Shown: piece by piece, positions 35,940 to 49,383 of the stretch
Position numbering within the stretch: the stretch's first letter is position 1
Layout: each line of letters opens with the position of its first letter
NCBI GenBank assembly: GCA_907165135.1
Contig: OU015566.1
Location: 8,308,001-8,372,000 of the forward strand
Source: Oikopleura dioica
Lineage: Eukaryota > Animalia > Chordata
Direction: 5' to 3'
Length of the DNA: 64,000 bases
Notes under the pieces: model-generated
Database searches by the model: none
What the model saw: only the letters and a program-made list of their open reading frames with translations
What the model was told of the DNA's origin: nothing
Position numbers and translations under genes: made by a program

Positions 35940-37909
35940 ATGAAATTTTGGAATTTTATCCTTCCAGCTATTCTATCAGAGGATGTACGGCCTGTTTACG
36001 GACCAGAATTAAGACCGAAAATACCGATTGGTTACCACTTCTCATGGGCTGACGGAATTGTGATTCTTGATACGACGAATTTTGACCAAATTTATGAATC
36101 TGATACGGCCTGGTTGGTTTTATTTTATACAAGATGGTGTGAGCACTGTGCATCTTTTTCTGAAACATACAAGAAACTGGCTTTCGGCACGGGATAATAA
36201 ATCTAAATGAAAAAGTAACCCTTACAGTCACTCTCGATATCCCTTTGAAGATATAAAGCAGTGGTCTCCAATCGTAAGAATCGCAGCAATAGATTGCTCT
36301 GGAGAAGGGGCTGATGGAGGAGACATTTCGCAAGAAATTTGCTTTCGGAAACCATTTAAAATTCGTTCGTTTCCGAGCTTTCGACTTTTTCCGCCTCATT
36401 CGCCCATAAACGAGGACAGGGAAAAGGATTACCCAGGGCTGGAGAGGAAGCTCGATCAAGCTACAAGTCATTCAAAAGATGGTTTTGTATGGACTGGAAC
36501 CAGTGTGGCTGACGTGCGAAAGATGGCGATCGAGTTTATTTCTCCGAAGATGGACCAGAGTAAACTTCCGACAAAGCCGATCAAAGTAGAAACGATGGAA
36601 GAAGTCATTAGAAACGCCAACGAAAACGAGATTGTCGCAGTCTTCTTTGAGGAGAAAAAGGATCTGACGATGAGGTAGAAAGAAGTAGATGATAAAGTTG
36701 TTTACATTTTAGAACTATTTTACTCGATCACGCAGGATACAAGAACATTCAATTTCGCCGGCTAAATTTGAAAGAGGCGTCGACAAAAGAATTCATCAAG
36801 AAGATTTATGGAACAGCAGCTGATGATGAACCCTTTTGCATGATTTGGAAGAACGGAGAAATCGCTGAGATCATTCGTTATCCTGGATTTGCTAAACGAG
36901 CGTTTATTCGCAAGAAACTTCGAAGTTATGATATCGAAGCGCCTGAGTATGTTCTTTTGGACAATGAAATAGAGGCTGAAAAGCGACTCAAGCCTCAGAA
37001 TGCGGTTAATACAGATGTCGTTGACCACACGAAACTATATCATCAAGATTTTGAGTCTGCACTTTTTCAAATGCTCAAAAGGGAAATGTTTGCTGTCGAA
37101 ACTTTCAACGAGGATGAATCCACAACACTGAAGAGCTTTTTAAATTATCTAAACAAGGTACTCGGAATAATTTACGAGAAGAAAAACAATTTAGTACTAC
37201 CCTGCACGGCCTTTGATCAAAGCATTCTTGACAAGATTCGAAGATGACATCAACCAGTTCAAAGGAAAGCTCGACCAGCAAATGTACAAACATTTCATCA
37301 GACGAGCAGACGGTTCCGTGGGAGCATACCTTCCAGCGAAGGAACGATATGTCGGTTGCGCAGGTTCGAAGCCAATATACAGAGGCTTTCCTTGCGCGAA
37401 ATGGCAGTTGTGGCATTTTCTCACTGTTCAAGCTTATCAATCAAATGACGAGGGAGAAGTTCTGGAAATTTTAAAGACAATGCGTGAATACATTCGACTT
37501 TTCTTCACTTGCTCAAGTTGCAGGGAGCACTTTTTAGAAGCGACAGAGAATTTCCAGGATCAAATTAAGAAAAACAAAGGTTGATAATATTTTCTAATAA
37601 AAACACAACTGTTGATATTAGACGGAGTTCTGTACCTTAACAACCTCCACAACGCTGTCAACGAGCGAATCCGCGGTAGCAAGACTGATGATCCGCTCTT
37701 TCCAAAGAAATTTTGGCCGTCTGAAGGCATGACTGACGATGAAATTCTTGCACATTTGATTCAGTTTTATTCGAAAGAAAATCTATCCTCTGGTAAATAT
37801 TGTTTTTGTGAAACTATAAACGGGACCTTTAGATTTTGTGCTTGCAACAACACAGGATGAAGCTATCGCCTTGCATTACAAAGATGGAGCGTGGAAAGAT
37901 GAGCTTTGA
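35940..37909 (+). CDS. QSOX1: Quiescin sulfhydryl oxidase (Trx + ERV/ALR) ending in KDEL
   Basis: Trx WCEHC; GCAGSKPIYRGFPC..W..WH.LTV; FFTCSSCREHF; HNAVNERI; DPLFPKKFWP; last exon ..GAWKDEL*. Confidence 0.92.
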
Positions 37910-37993
37910 AATCGACTCACCAACGTCATTTTGTTAGAATATTATTGAAATGAGTTTATTCACAATGGTACAATATATAAATATGCAATAGAA

Positions 37994-38874
37994 CTAAACA
38001 ATGCTTGTTTGACTGAGACGGCCTTTTGCGTTCATGCAGCATTGTCGGTTCCATTTAGTCAACCGTCGGAAGACGTTTACGGAGGTATAGAGTGCTCTCG
38101 ATCAAGTTTTAATGCTAGATTCTTCGATAACAATTTAAGGTTTTGTAAGCTAATCTCAAACTTTTCCTGAATTAAAAAGGTTGACACAAAATTCAAAGGC
38201 AGGCCAGAATGAGTGATTGAAGAACAGAACGTAACAGATTCCAGTGGCTGGTACTCCATTGATAGAGTAGTAATAGGGCATTTCAAGATGAAGTACGAAA
38301 TCTCGCTTTTGAAGGTTTCATTTCAATTTTCAAACCGAAAGATCAATTGACGTAAAACCATTTCCTTTTCGTAAAACTTTCTGGCAGCAGTATTTGACGA
38401 TAGGACGTGGAGGTAGACGCAGGAACAATTGAACTCTTTGAAAAATTGTAATTGTTGAGCAAGAAGTTTGGAAGCTAATCCTTGGCATCTGTATTGTTGA
38501 CTCACTGAGGAAAGCTTTAATAACAATCGATGCAGAATACATTTACCGCCAAGTGAGAGGATATAACCAAGACGAAATTCATCGTTATCGTAATAACTGC
38601 CCGGCAAAAGGCCATGATCTTCAGGTTGAACTTGAGCACGAGTACGAACTTCCCCAATGGCAAGTGCAACAATTTTGTGGCCGATGAAACCGCCAACAGA
38701 AATTGTTGCCCCGCCAGTTACATAATTGTACCAGGCGTCAGGATAGGAGATGGGGAAGAGCTCTTCGCATAGAACTCTCAGAGTGCTCTTAAAACAATGT
38801 TTATTCGTTCAGTTTTTCGGCGATCTTACCAAGTCATCCCTGGTAACAGCCCTGAACACTATATTTCCGTCCAT
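37994..38874 (-). CDS. NAA60: N-alpha-acetyltransferase 60 (NatF)
   Basis: LCEELFPISYPDAWY, GYILSLGV...YRCQGLASKLL, VYLHVLSSNTAARKFYE, YYSING. Confidence 0.88.
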
Positions 38875-39033
38875 ATAACAACCATCTAAATAAGTTTTTC
38901 GGTGAGATGATTGAACATGTTATTTTTGCGCAATATGAAAAAGCACAGGGTTAGGAACTATCAAACAGAAAGTAGGAATTGGAGGAAAAAGTACATTTTT
39001 TGAAAGAGAGAGGGTAATGAATTTTGAATTGGA

Positions 39034-40811
39034 TCAGCCAAGGCCAGCAATATAGTCGTCGAATTCGTTCTCATCGTAATCCTCGATGGCTTCGCAAATC
39101 TCTTGCTACAATGAAAGGTCAGAAACAGGTCTATATTTGTAACTAACAATTCCATCAATATCTTCTTCTCTATTTTCCAAGTGGCTCAGCTCTTTCGGCT
39201 TTCGAAGACTCTCGTAAAGAATCGACGCCGTCTCTGATCTTCGCAACTCTTTACTGACGAATGCACCAGCCTTGAATCAGCGTCAATTCTTTATCTCAAA
39301 TTCATAAATTCTCACCGCTGGGACAAAAACATCTTCATCATTGGACAGCTCAATATCAAGCGAGGGACCATCGTCAATATCCATATTAATTTGGCCGAGA
39401 CTTGGATTACTTGCGCAAGGTGAACAAAATCCTATCGACTTGGATAATCAATATTTTTGACTTTTATTCGATATAATTGTTCACCATCCTTTGAGACTTT
39501 GAAGAGTACAGTGGGGATGTTGAGCGGTGACGAGGGTCGAAATAGTTTGGTGCACTATCTGGAACGCTCTCTGGAATAAAAATTGAGAGCTATCCTCCGT
39601 GATTTCAGATCATTTCTACCTGGTTCTGCGCTTACGAAGGCCCCACGAATAGGAATCTGCATGTCAATAGGATCAGGATGTTTTGGAACAGGTGCTACTT
39701 TTATCCGTCTCGCCGGCGAGCTAGCATCGCCATCCCAAATTCCAGGAGGAGACTGTGGACCTATTCATGTGTTATTAAAGCCGCAAGAATGGCTAATTGA
39801 CAGCTTACATGAAGATAGGGATGAGTTGGACTGCGTTCTGCTTATTCGGGAAGTAGATTCAGTGATAGGAAAACGAGGGGATGAAACTTCGCGACGTGTG
39901 AAAGAAGTGTTGCTGTTTGAATAAGAGCCGGGTGAAGAAGAGTAGTAGCCGCCTGGTGGTGGAGCAGAAGAGCCGTATTCTGATGCCGCCATAGATGACC
40001 TACAATTTATTCCATAATTGATAAAACGAAAACTGAAACTAACACAGATTCTGGACGATGCCTTCTGTTGATAATTCCTTCTTGGACATATCTAGTTGGG
40101 GTTTTTCCAATTGGCCTGGCAACTGAAACAGGCCTCGAAGCCATCGTCGGTTGAACTGTGTTACTCGGACGACCAAATCCAAGCATTCGCCGATAGGTAC
40201 ATGTAACTGAAAGTTCGCCAAGAGGAGTAGCCACGTGACCGACGAGTAGGCTTCCACGGGACTCGCCGAGGAGATGCATATCCGGATCTTTCTTGAAGAT
40301 CTCGTACTTGATGTCAAACTTGTTCTCGCTCCAATCTCGGCAAGCAGAGTAAGCGGGGAGCACCCTGGTCAATGAAATTAGTGATTTGAGGAGAAGACAC
40401 TGTCGCTCGTAAACTTCAGAATATTTGCTCTCGATTGATTTTTGCGTTTCAACTCTGAGTTCCCAAACTTCGACAACTTGAGCAATATCGCCTTGGATGA
40501 TACTGAGTTGGCAGCACAGTGGCTCTTCGTAAGGAAGCCCACTATAAAGAGGATATTATTTCAGATAGAAATTTCTGCTACCTTGATAAATGAAATTTAC
40601 ATTCCTTGTGAACATCTTTAGCCAAGACAGTATGGGTGTTGATATTCAAATTGAACCAATCTTGAGCCGGTGGATCGGGGTTGCTTTTTCGAAACACTCC
40701 TTCTGGCGAATCTTGCCTTCTTGACTGTATAATAACTTGCAACGATCTAGAACAGAATAGCCGAATATATCTCTGCAGCTCTACGCGTGCTTTCTCGTCC
40801 AAAACAACCAT
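39034..40811 (-). CDS. ATG13: Autophagy-related protein 13 (HORMA + disordered tail)
   Basis: LQRYIRLFCSRSLQVIIQSR..DWFNL; TRVLPAY; VGHVATPLGELSVTCTYR; C-terminal NEFDDYIAGL*. Confidence 0.85.
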
Positions 40812-41175
40812 TATCTAAATTCAAAAATGGTAAACAATGATAAATAAAATACAAAAGTTTCTTTGTGAAGAAAGGATGCACTAGATTGAATAAAAATAAA
40901 CTTGGATTGGTTACTAAAACTTCTCCCTAAAAGAGATATATCTAAAAGAGAGTATTCTCTTTGCGGTTTCTTTACAGGGGAATCAAAAGGACGGGTTGAA
41001 AATTAAATGAAGAAGTTTTCAGTTGAGGTTGGCATTTGCAAGAATTCAGTTAAAGTTTTTTTGAAGATAGGAATCGGAATTTCCGTCGTAAGGTTTTTAA
41101 GTTTCGTTTCAAGATTGATGAGTGCAGATGGTGTTTGTCTTTGTTTGTTGGAATTTCTGGAGCAACGCTGAATAG

Positions 41176-44100
41176 TTATTGAGGTTGGCGGACTTTTTGG
41201 ACCCATGAGTTTCGTTCTTCGGGCGTATCGGATTTGAGAATGACTCGGCCCTCGCGTCCATGAATTTCGAATGAGAAGATATCCCCTGGCACGTCAGTTA
41301 CTGTTTGAACTGTCAGAGGCTTGCGGTACAGCTCGAGTCTCGTGTCAGATTGAAAGATCCCTTTCGGGTCTAATAGGGGCGTTTTCGAAGTGGTGAGAAT
41401 TAGAATGAGCTAGAAATCAATTAAAAAGATGTACTGGGGAGAGTATTTCCTACCCTGGCAAACTCATCCTTGCACAAGAAAGCCATGAATACACGAGTAG
41501 ATTTTTTCTTCTTCCGCAAGACGCCCGAATATAAAACTGAAGCCAGTCTTGATGGAAAGTCTCCTTTATGCGAAACATGCGTAACTAGCCAGTCAGTTTG
41601 CGTAGCATCTTCAATAATGGCTACATTCGCATTAACTGCAGCAACGAGCTTGTTCGCTTTTTCAATGGCTATATCGATGCCTTCTAGGTTGGGGTTGATT
41701 TTCTTCGCGCTAAATAAAAGAAATGAAAAAGATGAATTTAAAAAAGACGATCTTACTTTTCGAGAAGTACCGGATATTTTGTTATTCGTTGAAGAGGGTT
41801 GAGCAGGTGGGCTTGTAGATTCATTCCTTTATTCTTTGAGTCTTCTTCGAGCTTTGTTAATTTGAAATCAAAACTACTGTCAGCGTCTCTTCTTTGGCGA
41901 AGAGTAGCACTAGAAAATTATTCAGGTGCTTTTGGACAGAATAAAAATCACCTTGAGCTTTTTTGAGTGGCACAGTAGGTTGTATACGCTGAGATGAAAT
42001 TATCGCTTAGACTTTCGGCAAAAGTCGAAGGATTAGAGCTAGATTCGAGCATCATGATCAAAAGCTGCGAGTTTTCAACTAATTCAGCCCAATTTCCAAG
42101 GGTTGTTGTTAGCCCGGCGACTTGGAGAGCGGGCTAAAAGCTTAGCAGATGAAATAAGAACCAGCTTTACCTGAAAAGTTTGAAAAACAAACTCAAGCTG
42201 CTCGTAGTACTGCCTTTCAGTATTAACGAGCTCGTCCCATGCTGAATTCTGCCCACCAGACGACGACACAGGGGGAGCAAATGGTCCATTATTCTTAAAA
42301 TGCCGTGTTAGTTTCTCTTGTATATGATTGAAAGAGGTTGCCTGATTTTTTGTGTTGCCGAATGGAGTATTCCAGCCAGGAGTATCAGGCTCTGCTTGTG
42401 CTTGGTATGGTGGAGGATTGTCATAGGTTTCTTGCGTCTGACCCCAGGGATCGTCAAGTGTCGGGATCGCTGTCTGACTTTGTTGATTGCCCCACGGATC
42501 ATCCGAAGCAGCAGGTGGGGCGCTGTATCCATCATTGCCTCCGAAGGCAGCTTCAAATTGATCCAAACCGTTTGCCCAATCATCGTTTCCGCCAGAAGCG
42601 CTCTTCATCGGAGCATTTCCAAAAGGATCGTCGAACGCGGGAGTTTCTTCAATCGCTAATTGCGGAGCGCCGAAAGGGTCTTGTCCAATATTTTGTATGT
42701 TCTGGTAATGATGCGCTTCTTGTCCCCCATTTGAAAAGGCGATTTCTTCATCGACATGAGCAGGTGCATGGGGCGCGTTCGAGTTATCATTTTCTAAGGA
42801 AATATATATCTTATGAATACGAGTTCCTGTGTTATATTATTGGGATTAATGAATTGAGTAGTAATTAGTTTCAAGACAAGAAGAGTTTAAATGCTTGATC
42901 CTACTTTCTCAAGCATATTAACTCAAACAGAGGCTAACTAAAACTATTCGGCAAATTATAAGCCAAATTATTCGAATCATTAGATGGAAATCTAACTACT
43001 TTGTAATTGATTTTTTGAATGTTTTATTAAGCTGAAGCGGTGCTTTAAATTTTTGTGATAGAAGAAATATGAAGAACATACATAAATAAATTATAGGAAT
43101 ATATTGAACAACTTAAAAATAATAAACATATTAATCGTCTATATAACAAAAAAGAGAGTAACGATCAAAGTAAGGTAATAATTGATGAATTATTCAGTAA
43201 ATCAGGTATTTTGGCAAGTATTTAGTAACTATTTAATTCTACGAAGAAAAGCTCATCTACAAACATTGAAAAGGCCAATTGAAAATCAAACTTAATATAC
43301 CGGTAGATGCCATGCTTTTAATAATGAACAAACATATTAATGAACAAATAATGAGTATCAATGTATTTTTTTCTTTGAATTTCGGGTAAGTATTATTGCA
43401 GGGATATAAATATAATCAGGTAATGAAATCATAAAGGAATAAACTTAAAGTTGAACGAGATGGTATTGTTGGTGTATTGCAAAGACTATATTTAGGAAAG
43501 AAAAGCTTGAAGATAAGGATTTATAAGAATATTCGAATGTTTGGTAAACTTAATCTAATATGAAAAATATCACACTAGCTGTAACTACTGTTAGCCATGA
43601 GAAGCATGCGTGAATGATGAACACAAACAAAGTTAGTTCTTATGAAACAGTGTTTTTGTGCGTTTTGATTTTGTAGGATTGGTTGGAAATTTTCCAATTA
43701 TTCGTTAATTTGAAATCGAGTGATGCGCAAACTATCACTTACTCTCGCTAACAAAGTTTGAGGGGAAGGTGCCCGACTGGCCGTTTTCAAGTCGCCCGTG
43801 CCACCAGTTCGGATCGTCGCGGTCGATAACCTGAAAAATGCAAGAATATTAAATGGGCAATGAGCGTACTGTAATCTGGTCTCCAGCTTTAAAGCTCAAA
43901 TCTTCAGGGGATGAGCCATCGTAATCGAATTGAGCGGTAACGACAATTGGTTGCTCCTAAATCGTTCATAGAATAAATTTTGGAAAAATCTGAAGAGTTT
44001 CTTACAGCAAGAGCAGCGGGGTCTTCCACGAAAGCTTTGGGGAAGATTCCTTCTTTGCCCGATTGATTGATTCCAGTCCACCATTCTCCATCTTGGCTGA

Positions 44101-47015
44101 TCACTTGGATTCTGTCTCCAGCACTGAAGCTCAGATCGCTCTCCTCTTGTCCCTGGAAGTCGTACGCGGCGATGAAAACAACACCTTTGCTTGCTTAAAA
44201 TTCAAATTTACGAAACTGAAAACAAAAGAAGTCTTACATGGAGAGGCAACTGGAGCAGCAGCGGTAGAAGCTGGAGGACCAGCCGGAGCAGGTCGACTAG
44301 GCGCCTTCTTTTTAGGTGCAATTTGCACAGGAGTAGTTGCAACGTAATTTTTAGGGAACCATCCGTTTGAGCCGTCAGATAGGCGCCCTCGCCACCACTC
44401 TTCTTGCTTTTCTAGAACTTCAATTGATTCTCCGGCGGCGAAGCTCATGTGTTTTGCTTCATCCGATTTGAAAGGATGAGCAGCAGTGACAGTTTCGATT
44501 ACTGTTTCGTTAACTTTTTAGGCTGATTATAATTGAGTGAAAATTTTGATTTTCTTGTAGTTTTGGTAAGATCTTAGTTTTCAATTTGATTTAGTGAATT
44601 TTTGATTTTAATGAGAGCCCAACCTTGCGCAGCTTGGCCTAAACTCATCTCGCCAAATTGGTTGCCTACTGGCGTAAACGAACTGTTCATAGCCTGGTTT
44701 TCCTCCTCCATTTCAGTAACGTAGGCCTGGGGGAAAAGACCGGACTGCCCATTTAGATGACCGAAAAACCACTCGGGCTCGCATTCCTTGGCTAGATCGA
44801 CTTCGATTACGTCTCCATCACGGAAGGTTAATTCGTCTGGGCTGCGAGCGTCAAAGTCAAAGCTCGCCATATATTTCTTTAGGTTTTGCTAAAAAGCGTT
44901 CAAATCAACTTTGAATAGTTCTTTTTTCAAACCTGTGGTTGTGGCCAAGCACTCCAACCATTATCATTATTACTAACAGGCGGTGCTGTACTTCCAAAGC
45001 CGTCTGTTTGAGTCGGACTTCCAAAGGCATTTCCTCCGAATCCCTGATTGCCGAAGCCTTGATTGGGACTTCCAAAGCCTTGATTTCCGAAAGCAGGTGA
45101 AGAGCCAAACGGATCCGCTCCGAACCCATTTGATTGAAAAGCCTGTTGAGAGGGCGATTGAACAACTTTTGGTTTCAACTCGTCGGGAAGCCCGTCGTAT
45201 GGGTCCTTTCCGAGCATTTCGTTCATTTTCTTGATCTTTTCTATTGACTCAGTTTTCAGCGTTGTTTCAGTATCGACCTCGATTCGATGTTTTCGTGATG
45301 TTTCTTTGGTCTCATTTAGTAATTGTTCAGCAGTCTCGCATTGTTTTGTGATATCAGAAACATCCTTTTCTCGGCGTTTTTGTTCAAGTTCTTGAGAGAC
45401 TTGCAGTTTTCTGAGGCGTATTCTCTCAACTTCTTGACGAGAAGCGGTCAGATGCGCTTCCATCGTTGCGATTTCTGCCTTATCTCGAGTAGTTTTGCTG
45501 CCACTTGCTGAAAGAGTATCGTTTGCGCCTTGAAGTCGCATGCGAATTTCATCCCTTCGCTTTCTCGTATCTCTTTCAGTCTCAAGCTGTGCCTCTTTTT
45601 CTTGGCGCAACTGATCATGTTGATGTCTTAACCTCGAGAGCGTCTCCTCTATCCTTTTTTTCTCTGTGATCATTTGCTGTCGTTTATTCTCGATCTCAAG
45701 CTTGTACTGACGCTCTTGCTCTTCTCTGCGTTTGCGTTCCTCCTCCTCTTGAATTTTGCGCTGTCTTTCGAGCTCTTCTTGGCGTTTTCTTTCCGCTTCT
45801 TGTCTTTTCCGCTCTTCCTCTTCTTCCTTTTCTTTTCTGCGTTTTTCGGCTTCGAGACGGGCTGCTTCTTGTTCAGCCAGAATTGCTTGACGTCTTCGTT
45901 CGAGCTCTGCCCGGCCACGTTCCATGTTTTCCCGGCGTTCGTCTTCGAATGATCGAGGTTTTCCAGCACCGGAACCGGCAACGCCGCTACCAGCCAATGC
46001 CTCGGGAAGTTTTTCTGGGATAGGAACACCCTAAATATGATAGATCAATAAAGAAATGTCCACGAATTAAGCTCACCTTTAAAGCCGCCTCGCAGAGACA
46101 CATCGCCGCAATAAACTCTTGTCTACTCAGCTTTCCGTCTCCATCTTGATCCGCTTGTTGCCAAATCTTCGCAAGAGTCGGCTGCGGTAGCCCAGTGTCC
46201 ATCATGATTCCTCTCGCTCTGGTGCCTTCGATGAATCCACTTTTTGATATATCGTGCGTGTTGAATTTCTGGTTGAGCTTACTCTTCTGCATTGGAGTGA
46301 CGGTCCAGTCGTGCGGACGATTACTTGGATTGATAGGTGCTGAGTTGCCGGGTATGCTCGAGGTTGCCGTCATTGGCTTCGACTGGCCGAAATTAAGATC
46401 GAGATTTAATCCATAAGAACTGGGCTTTAAAAAATTTAGTTGATGCCTTATGAAGTTCTACTTACAGTTGAAGTACTTGGAGCAGAAAGTGGTGTCATCA
46501 CTGGCGCTCCTAAAGCGCCTGGGTTCATGGGCGTCATTGGCGAGTGATAGGTACTGGCAGGCCCGGTAAGAATCGGCCTCATTTGAGGATAGCTTGGTGT
46601 CATTCCCATTCCAGCATTACCAGTCAAATTGGGGTTGATTCCCATTCCCTGGTTTCCAAGATGACTTCCGGACGGTGAAAAAATACTAAAAATATGCATG
46701 GATTAATCCATGATTGACCACTTACTGAGGGGGGATAGAAGATGGCAGTTGTTGTTTGGTAAGTGCCATTCGTACTAACTTCATGGCAACGCAAAATTCC
46801 TTCTGATTCAACGCGCCGTCTTTATCATTATCGGACAGGATCCAAATCTGCCCAAGAACCTGGTTCGGCAAACCGGAACGCATGAAGAATGTCCGGGCTA
46901 TCTCGGCGGTAACTTTTCCGCCAGCGGAGGGGAGCTGCGAGAATTCACGGCTGAACTGGGTATTTTCATCCTGCGATAGTGTGAATTCTCCTCCGACTCC
47001 TAGTCCACCAAACAT
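41176..47015 (-). CDS. ITSN1: Intersectin: EH-EH-coiled coil-4xSH3, with optional DH-PH
   Basis: Two EH domains (SGLPNQVLGQIWILSDNDKDG; TGLPQPTLAKIWQQADQDGDG), KELRQ-rich coil, four SH3, DH (DELVNTERQY..LLNPLQRITKYP), PH (ERNSWVQKV). Confidence 0.95.
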
Positions 47016-47429
47016 TCTGAAACGATCATTTTCTATTAATCCTGCAACACACAAATCTTAGTCAGAATAAGACTCAATAAATTATTAAATATTTTCTTTT
47101 ATGAAGGTTCAAGAGTTTAATAAAATACGGGGCAGCAAATTCAGTCATATAACTGTCTCCTTTGAGTCCTGTTTGTCATTTGTTATGCTATCTTTTTGAT
47201 CTTCAGAGGTTGTCTCTCTTTTCCTTCTGTCGATCGACTGTTGGCTCCTAATTTCTTCGGCGAGGTGTAAGATTGTGTTGCAGACAAAAATAAATTGTTG
47301 CACAGTCTTCAAACGGGAATCAATACAATTTGGGTGGGATCACGGATATTGGACAGCAGCACTCTGATTGAGACTCTCGAGTAACACGTCCTCTCACTTT
47401 ATTGATTGCCCAACCTTAAGGGCTCTAGG

Positions 47430-49383
47430 CTACCGATTCGCGTTATTAATCAACTCATTCACTAGTAAAGGGGGTACTTACTATTTATCTTACATACTCA
47501 AATTGGATGGACAGTCTCTCAAGAAAAATATCACGACTTCCATGAAAAGACCATGGGAAGGTGGAAAACACATCAGACTGAACACCTAATGGATCATTTT
47601 AAAAAATTAAATGATTGATTCCAATTTCCTGAATCAAACAGCCGCGCTGATCGCGCATTTCCTCGAGTAGCGCCTTAGGATCAACAGAGAGGCCTTTCTC
47701 AAGGCGCTCCCACGCTGCGTCGAGCGCGATCGTCACTCCTGTCCTACCAACGCCGGCTGAGCAGTGCACGATCGTGTGAATATCATCTCCTAAAATAAAT
47801 TTATCTAATACGAATCTGATCGATTGATAAGCGCACCAGATTCTTTCTTGAGCGCTCTGATCTTTCTCAAAAAGGTTAAAAAGTGAGCTGGATCGTGTGG
47901 CACTCCATGATCAGGCCAGTCGACAAATTGAATGTGGTTCACGTTTCTAGTGGTTCCATCTTCGCTTCGGAATTGAAGTTCGCGCGCAATCATTCCCTCG
48001 TTTTCCTGCTCTTCGTTGAGCAATCGGACGGTCAACAAATCGGGATTCGTGAGGTAAACTGGTTCGGGCTCTTCGGGCCAGTAGTCTTCGCACTTTGGCC
48101 GGCCCAGTTCGCGGGTTTGCGTCACCATTACTATCAACGACGCGTTGCTGAAATTAATGATTAAACCAAAAATACGCTTTCAAAATTGAACCTGTCGTAA
48201 ATCATCTTCCAAAAGTCATTTTTCGTGTTTTCAAGTGGACCTTGGCTAGCAATCCAGCGTCTGTAATAGCCGCTTGAGTTTGCTTGCTCCTCGAGTTCTT
48301 CGTCGCCAATTAGCATTTTGACATAATTAGCGTTAATATAGTCCCCTTGAGCGGTGGCCGAGTCTTTGCCTGGAAAAAACGTGTTAAGCCCTGTAACGAT
48401 GGTTTTTTGTATTCGGGCTCGAATACCACCGGATGATGATGCTCCTCCTGCGGATGAGCTTTCATCTTTACCAGTGCTGCCGCCAGATACATAGGGTCGG
48501 AGAATCACACGCGTCTTGTCGTAGGGCATAATATCGATGTACCGATTCTTTTCGCGGTTTTCTTTTCAAAGTGCACGAAAAAGTTTTTTATTGGATCGAA
48601 ATAGGAGATTATTCGAAGCACTTTCCTTGCCTCCTTGCTTCCTTGAAGGTATGATGGTTGAAGTAGGGAGGCATTTGGTAATAGTAATCTCTGTAATGAC
48701 CACTTCGCAGGTTCTCATCGATTTGTTTTAGGTATTCCTCTTGGATTTCTTCTTCTTCGGATCTTTCCTCGGAGCTCAGTTCTTCGCTCTTTTCGTTGCC
48801 CGTTGCTGCATCGCATTTAGGATCATTCGCGCGCTCATCGACTTCTTGCTCTGTCGATTCATTATCGGAGGCTAAATTCATTTACACTCGTTTGCCGAAG
48901 CAGTGTTGGCTAGTTACCCAATGTATTCGCAGGCTCGCGCTTATCGCAAGAGTTCTCAACAGAGTTTTTTCTTTCTACCGAGTCCTCATTATTCATTTTA
49001 CATGTATACGATACTGTACTGTCTGCGATTTTGACTGACGATTTTTCTGAACAAAAAGAAGATTATTTCAAGCTTAAAAAAGAAGAGCAGAATAGACAGA
49101 TATAAAAAGAAACACCAGAGAACTTGGTAGCTTGAAGATTTTATTTGAAAGAAATTGTCTATCTCTATTTTTGTCTGATCGATAGTTTTGTATGAGAAAA
49201 AATGAGATATCCCAATTTGGGATTCCCAAATGCAAACTTACCGGCTTGCAAATTCATACTCGGGCAGTTTTTCTCAGGCTTTGACAATTGATTTGCAACT
49301 GATTGAGAACTCGAGAAGCTCGCTTTTGAGAAAACTATCAGTGAAAGTCCTGCACGAGGCACTTTCATTTCTTCAAAAATCAA
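47430..49383 (-). CDS. Classical non-receptor protein tyrosine phosphatase; no FERM domain seen, ends approximate
   Basis: KNRYIDIMPYD, DYINAN, IASQGPL..DFWKMI, KCEDYWP, WPDHGVP, VHCSAGVGRTG, MRDQRGCLIQ. Confidence 0.92.

Noticed and set aside
37360-37372. GGTTCGA T-loop-like motifs (also ~56805)
   Set aside because: Located in coding exons or splice junctions; no cloverleaf.
9366-40811. Two HORMA-domain genes (HORMAD, ATG13) in one window
   Set aside because: 30 kb apart, different subfamilies, no shared sequence; treated as coincidence.
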